Origin: Acidobacteriota bacterium | GTDB taxonomy: Bacteria > Acidobacteriota > UBA890 > WLXD01 | Reading direction: 5' to 3' | Length of the DNA stretch: 64,000 nt | Assembly (NCBI GenBank): GCA_965248695.1 | Contig: CBDFKD010000002.1 | Location: 5,376,001-5,440,000 of the forward strand | Part shown: piece by piece, positions 59,107-64,000 of the stretch | Layout of the letters: each line of letters opens with the position of its first letter | Numbering within the stretch: the first letter of the stretch is position 1 | Program-made: the position numbers and the translations under genes | The notes under the pieces: generated by a model | Seen by the model: only the letters and a program-made list of their open reading frames with translations | The model's database searches: none | What the model was told of the DNA's origin: nothing

Positions 59107-59122
59107 AGCAAGCGCTGTGCCA
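59107..59122 (-). promoter_or_regulatory. Sigma54 (-24/-12) promoter of the tolC-like gene
   Basis: TGGCAC-AGCGC-TTGCT on minus strand, about 60 nt upstream of ATG. Confidence 0.75.
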
Positions 59123-59243
59123 GCTTGCCGTGCTCTGAGGTTCCTGCCGGCCCGTGATAGCGCATCGAAAAGCACCAGCCGTTGCTCAGGTGTTCGATTA
59201 TGGGACGGGGCGTGCCGGAAAAGCGACGCCCTGCCGTGGCGCG

Positions 59244-60179
59244 TCAACGTCCGCCACACTCCATGAGCTCCGCATCTACCCCCACCCGCAGCCCGCCGTC
59301 CACGGTGCCCGTGCCGCGGGCCATGCGGGGCGTATTGAAGATCGCTGCGGCGCGCCCGGCGTGGTCGACAACAACAAGGCCACCGCGACCGTCGACGCGC
59401 TCCAGATCAGCCAACGCGGCGCGGCCTGCATCGGCAGCATCGTGCCCGGCCGCCATGCAGGCAACAGCCGTCTTGGCCATTACCACGCGCAGGATACCCT
59501 CGCCCCAACCCGTGGACGATGCCCCACCATGGCGCGAATCAGCGTAGGTCCCGGCACCGATGAGGGGTGAGTCCCCTACCCGGCCCGGATACTTGTCCAA
59601 GGTGCCGCCGGTTGATGTCGCCGCCGCGATCAGGCCATCTCGGTCTCGACAGACCGCACCCACGGTACCCATGTGGTCGTCGGCGCCGGGAGCGAACTCC
59701 TCGTCGATCAGGGTCGTCTCGCCGGCACGAACACGCAGATACCGTTCTCGCGCTCGCCCGACCAGCAAGTCGCGAGCGCGGCACAACGAGACGCCGTGTT
59801 CGGCGGCGAAGCGCCGCGCGCCTTTTCCCACCAGCAACACGTGTGGTGACGCATCCATGACTCGACGTGCCAGCGTCACCGGGTTGCGCACCCCTTCCAC
59901 CGCGGCGACCGCCCCGGCGTCGAGGTCATCGCCCTCCATGATCGAAGCATCGAGCTCCACTCGGCCGAGTCGGTTCAGGTGCGATCCCTTGCCGGCATTG
60001 AACGCCGGATCGTTCTCGAGCATGCGTACGACGTATTCGATGACATCGACCGATCCGGTGCCTTCGCCGAGCATCTTCCAGCCGACGCGCAGCGCCGCGG
60101 ACACACCATCGAGATGCTGCTGGACCTCGCCGTCTGGCACGTTCCAGGCGCCTCCGTGGACTGCGAGAGCGACGGTCAA
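59244..60179 (-). CDS. iaaA: Isoaspartyl peptidase / L-asparaginase
   Basis: VHGGA, FNAG.GS, GTVGAV, TSTGG, GRVGDSP; start approximate. Confidence 0.92.
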   Translation of the reverse strand: MTVALAVHGGAWNVPDGEVQQHLDGVSAALRVGWKMLGEGTGSVDVIEYVVRMLENDPAFNAGKGSHLNRLGRVELDASIMEGDDLDAGAVAAVEGVRNPVTLARRVMDASPHVLLVGKGARRFAAEHGVSLCRARDLLVGRARERYLRVRAGETTLIDEEFAPGADDHMGTVGAVCRDRDGLIAAATSTGGTLDKYPGRVGDSPLIGAGTYADSRHGGASSTGWGEGILRVVMAKTAVACMAAGHDAADAGRAALADLERVDGRGGLVVVDHAGRAAAIFNTPRMARGTGTVDGGLRVGVDAELMECGGR

Positions 60180-60340
60180 GCTGGTGTCCTGTTGCAGAGG
60201 AGTACGTCGTACGCTTCGGGCCACGGCTCGTCGCGCTTGCGGCGACCGGACGGCCACTCGCAAACTGTGGCAGCGGCTGATGCCGGTGGCAAGCGCGCAC
60301 CTGCCGCGGACAGGCCTTTCAAGGACGGAGATTGGAGCGC

Positions 60341-60817
60341 ATGAGGATCGTCGAACGCATCGCCTGCATCGAGCAACGCTTACACCAAGCGGAACGGCGA
60401 GAACGGCGGTGGCGCCTCGGGTCCGCTGCCATCGTCATCGCTGCCACGGTGATCGTCGCCGGGGGGCAAGCAACGCGAACCCGTGTCGTCGAGGCGCAGA
60501 CGTTCGTCGTCCGCGACGCCAAGGGGCTCGCCCGAGCGCAGCTCGGCATTACCGACGACGAGCCCGGGCTTTCGTTGTTCGACAGCGACGGGCGTCTGCG
60601 CGTTGCCGTCGCTGTCACGGCCGATGGGCCGATCCTTAGCTTCTTCAACGGAGACGGCAATCCGCGCGCGGAAGTCGGTGGGCGCGGCGATACCGCGTTC
60701 ATGATCCTCCGCGATTCCGAGGGAGCGCCGAGGGCGGCGATGGCAATCCAAGCCGATGGCTCCCCGAGCCTGTACCTGCTCGACGAAAAAATGACCCCCT
60801 TATGGAAGAGACCGTGA
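60341..60817 (+). CDS. Hypothetical membrane-anchored repeat protein
   Basis: Coiled coil + TM + about 21-aa D..G..R repeats; GGAG RBS. Confidence 0.75.
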   Translation: MRIVERIACIEQRLHQAERRERRWRLGSAAIVIAATVIVAGGQATRTRVVEAQTFVVRDAKGLARAQLGITDDEPGLSLFDSDGRLRVAVAVTADGPILSFFNGDGNPRAEVGGRGDTAFMILRDSEGAPRAAMAIQADGSPSLYLLDEKMTPLWKRP

Positions 60818-60848
60818 GCCTCGTGGGAGCTGACGTGTCGTCGGGGAT

Positions 60849-62333
60849 CTACAGATAGGGAATGAACAGCGCCGCGATCGCATCGCGGATACGGATCCAC
60901 AGCCGCCGCTGATCGAGCTCTTCGAAGCTCACCTGGCGCGACGTTTCGATCAGGCCGCTCGCGTACGCCGCGAGGGTCCCGGCCAGGGCGCGATCGTAGA
61001 CCTCGAGCGAGAGCTCGAAGTTGAGGCGCAGCGAGCGTGGGTCGATGTTGGCGGAGCCGATCTGAACGTACTCGTCGTCCACCAGCAGCACTTTGGAGTG
61101 CGCGAACGGGGCCGGCTGGTAGAAGACACTCACCCCCCAGTGCGATAGCTCCGAGAGAATGTTCCGCGACGCCCAGTGAACGTACGGCAGGTTGTTCTTC
61201 GCCGGCAGGATCACGCTGACCTCGATGCCTCGAAGAGCGGCTGCCTTGAGCGCCGCGATCAGCTCGCGCGGCGGCAGGAAGTATGGCGTCATGATCCACA
61301 CACGCCGACGAGCGGCGCCAACTGCACCGATGATGATTGCCGCCAAGCGGTCGAAATCCTCGTTCGGTCCGTCGACCACGACGCGCGCCATCGCCGGGCC
61401 GCGCGGATCCTCCTCGTGGTTCGACGACGGCTTCAGGTCCTCGCGGGTGGTGAACTCCCAATCGTCAAGGAAGACACGCTCGACCTGCCGGACGGCCGGC
61501 CCACGGATCTCGAAGTGGATGTCGGTGACTCGACGCGAGTCGCCTCCGCCGACCAGATGCCGGTCGCCGATGTTCATGCCGCCGGTGAACGCCCGCCGTC
61601 CATCCACCACGAGGATCTTGCGATGGTTCCTGAGGTTGATCGCCAGCTGCGGAGGCAGCAGGCGTGGAGGCAGGAAGCGGGCGTGACGCACTCCCGCCCG
61701 CGCCAGCACCTTGGAGATGCGGGGCCAGCCGTATAGCTCGCCCACACCGTCGACCAGAACCCGCACGGCCACTCCCCGAGAGGCCGCCGCGGCCAGCGCA
61801 TCAACGAATCTGCGCCCCGTAGCGTCGGGCTCGAAGATATAGGTCGCCAGATAGACGCTGTGCTGCGCCGCCTGGATCGCGTCGATCATCGGCGGATAGG
61901 CGCCCTCTCCGTTGTGCAAGACGGTAACCGCGTTGCCCTTCGTCAGCCGGCGACGCGTAACGATTCGCCCGAGGCGTATGAGATCACCGAGTGGCCCGTC
62001 GGGCGGCGCAGACAGCTCGTCGGCGATCACGGTATCGGCGCCGGCCATGCCCGGCGGAGCTCCCACCCCCGACCGATGCTTGATCTCTTCGGGCGTGTCG
62101 GCGTGCAATCGCTTGGCCCGCGTGCGGATGCGATTGATTCCGAATACGTAGTAGAGCGCCGGCCCGACGATCGGGAACATCACAGACACGGCAATCCAGC
62201 CGAGGGCCGACCTTGGATCACGCTTGAACAGCAGCGCGTGGAGCGTCGCGCTCGCTGCCGCGGCGAATCCCACCGCGGCGCCCAGCACACCGCCAGCGCC
62301 CCGAAGCAGTTCCTGCAAGTCGCCCGCACCCAC
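60849..62333 (-). CDS. cls: Cardiolipin synthase
   Basis: Two HKD motifs (NHRKILVVD, HSKVLLVD) and N-terminal PLDc_N helices. Confidence 0.93.
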   Translation of the reverse strand: MGAGDLQELLRGAGGVLGAAVGFAAAASATLHALLFKRDPRSALGWIAVSVMFPIVGPALYYVFGINRIRTRAKRLHADTPEEIKHRSGVGAPPGMAGADTVIADELSAPPDGPLGDLIRLGRIVTRRRLTKGNAVTVLHNGEGAYPPMIDAIQAAQHSVYLATYIFEPDATGRRFVDALAAAASRGVAVRVLVDGVGELYGWPRISKVLARAGVRHARFLPPRLLPPQLAINLRNHRKILVVDGRRAFTGGMNIGDRHLVGGGDSRRVTDIHFEIRGPAVRQVERVFLDDWEFTTREDLKPSSNHEEDPRGPAMARVVVDGPNEDFDRLAAIIIGAVGAARRRVWIMTPYFLPPRELIAALKAAALRGIEVSVILPAKNNLPYVHWASRNILSELSHWGVSVFYQPAPFAHSKVLLVDDEYVQIGSANIDPRSLRLNFELSLEVYDRALAGTLAAYASGLIETSRQVSFEELDQRRLWIRIRDAIAALFIPYL

Positions 62334-62376
62334 GGCCCGGCTCCCAGCGACTATGGAACGTCGCTCTCAGGACTAC

Positions 62377-64000
62377 TCAGAACAGACCCTCGACGCCACC
62401 CTCGGGCGTAACGCGCATTCGATTGGCAGCCGGCACCCTGGGCAGTCCGGGCATGGTCATGACGTTGCCGAGATGGGCGACGACGAACCCGGCGCCCGCC
62501 GACGGCGTTACGTTCTGGACGCTCACCGTGAATCCCGTTGGTCGGCCCAGACGGCTCGCGTCATCGGTCAACGAGGCGGGCGTCTTGGCCATACATACCG
62601 GGGTGTCTCCGAGGTCGTTTGCTTCCAGGAAGGCGATCGACTTGCGCGCCTGTGAGCTGAACTCGACGCGCTCGGCACCGTAGACGCTGGTCGCGATCGT
62701 CTCGATCTTGTCGGCAATCGGCAGATCTGTCTCGTAGGCATGCCTGAAGTCCGCCTCGTCGGCGTCGAGCGCGGCCACCAACTTGTGCGCGAACGCCTCA
62801 CCGCCCTCACCACCGTGCGCGTGGATCTCGAGAGTGTCGGCGCGCACTACCTTCGCGGCGCAGTGCTCGAGCACGGCGTTGACTTCGGCATCCGTATCGG
62901 TGGCGAAGCGATTGATTGCAACCAGCGGCGGCAGACCGTGCAGGCGGACGTTGGCAATGTGCGCGTCGAGGTTGGCGGTCCCTGCCTCGACCGCGGCAAC
63001 ATCCTCGCTCGTGAGGCTCTTCGACTCCGCACCGCCATGGAGCTTCAGCGCCCGAATCGTGGTGACAAGCACAGCCGCCTGTGGGCTTATGCCTCCGAGA
63101 CGGCACTTGATATTGCAAAACTTCTCGAACCCCAGGTCGGAACCGAAACCTCCCTCGGTAATCACTACGTCCGCCAGCGACATCGCCGCCCGCGTTGCGA
63201 CCAGCGTATTGCAGCCATGCGCGATGTTCGCGAACGGGCCACCGTGCACGAACGCCGGCCCTCCTTCGATCGTCTGTACGAGGTTCGGCCGGATGGCATC
63301 CCGGAGCAACATGGTCATCGCTCCGGTGACCTCGAGGTCGCGCGCCAGTACCGGACGCCCCTCGTAGTCGGCGCCAACAATGATGCGCCCGAGACGCACC
63401 TCGAGATCGTCGATGTTCGTCGCCAGACATAACGTCGCCATGACTTCGCTCGCCGCGGTAATCACGAAGCCGTCTTCCCGGGGAACACCGCTCATGGGAC
63501 CACCGAGACCGATCACGAGCCGCCGCAACGCCCGATCGTTCATGTCAACGCAACGTCGCCAGGTGATGCGCCGGGGATCAATGCCGAGCTTGTTGCCTTG
63601 ATGCATGTGGTTGTCGATCGCCGCCGCCAGCAGACCGTTGGCCGACGTTATGGCGTGCAAGTCACCGGTGAAGTGGAGGTTGATGTCCTCCATCGGCAAC
63701 ACCTGCGAATACCCGCCACCGGCGGCGCCACCCTTGATACCGAAAATCGGCCCCAGGCTCGGCTCACGGATCGCTGCGGCCACATTCTGACCTATTCGCC
63801 GAAGCGCCTGCGAAAGGCCCACGCTTACCGTGGTCTTACCCTCCCCCGCACGGGTCGGGGTCGTCGCGGTGACGATCACCAGCTTGGCTTTCGGCTGCAG
63901 GCGCTCGAGCGTCGGGCGCCGGAGCTTCGCCTTGTCAGATCCGTACAGATCGAGGTCATCGGACGACAGCCCGAGCTCAGCCGCCACGTCGGTGATGGGT
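62377..64000 (-). CDS. fhs: Formate-tetrahydrofolate ligase, 5' end outside window
   Basis: PT.AGEGKTT, GIKGGAAGGG, HGGPFANIAHG, MTMPGLP. Confidence 0.97.
   Translation of the reverse strand, partial: PITDVAAELGLSSDDLDLYGSDKAKLRRPTLERLQPKAKLVIVTATTPTRAGEGKTTVSVGLSQALRRIGQNVAAAIREPSLGPIFGIKGGAAGGGYSQVLPMEDINLHFTGDLHAITSANGLLAAAIDNHMHQGNKLGIDPRRITWRRCVDMNDRALRRLVIGLGGPMSGVPREDGFVITAASEVMATLCLATNIDDLEVRLGRIIVGADYEGRPVLARDLEVTGAMTMLLRDAIRPNLVQTIEGGPAFVHGGPFANIAHGCNTLVATRAAMSLADVVITEGGFGSDLGFEKFCNIKCRLGGISPQAAVLVTTIRALKLHGGAESKSLTSEDVAAVEAGTANLDAHIANVRLHGLPPLVAINRFATDTDAEVNAVLEHCAAKVVRADTLEIHAHGGEGGEAFAHKLVAALDADEADFRHAYETDLPIADKIETIATSVYGAERVEFSSQARKSIAFLEANDLGDTPVCMAKTPASLTDDASRLGRPTGFTVSVQNVTPSAGAGFVVAHLGNVMTMPGLPRVPAANRMRVTPEGGVEGLF

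Noticed and set aside
1-64000. CRISPR arrays, tRNA/rRNA genes, prophage, integrase or transposase genes
   Set aside because: No regularly spaced direct repeats, T-loop signatures or corresponding proteins were seen by eye

Overview
A GC-rich (roughly two-thirds GC, by eye) bacterial chromosome segment with about 50 mostly housekeeping genes. The VWA, FecR/DUF6600, TolC and ParB protein styles suggest Acidobacteriota, but that is inference. Contents: K+ channel, greA, polX, a large VWA protein, fixCX, tusA plus a tRNA thiolase, an HNH nuclease, DmpA, parAB, miaB, tsaC, rarA, a lexA-like/clpB/dnaJ/lon operon, nth, trmI, a CBS-domain transporter, moeA, queG, glnA, an hcrCAB-like molybdoenzyme with hydratases and a thiolase (two subunits frameshifted), dGTPase, an alanine symporter, trpS, an Aas-like ligase, tolC, asparaginase, cls and fhs. 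I saw no tRNA, rRNA, CRISPR array, prophage or transposase. Best candidates for something new: (1) a LexA paralog lacking its cleavage site and catalytic Lys that heads the clpB-dnaJ-lon operon, with a tandem palindromic operator over a near-consensus sigma70 promoter; (2) a promoter-to-terminator four-hairpin small RNA with C-rich loops before trpS, with complementary G-rich elements nearby; (3) a divergent ParB next to a non-canonical parS-like palindrome and DnaA boxes; (4) a 191-bp MITE. Start codons were refined by eye and no database searches were run.
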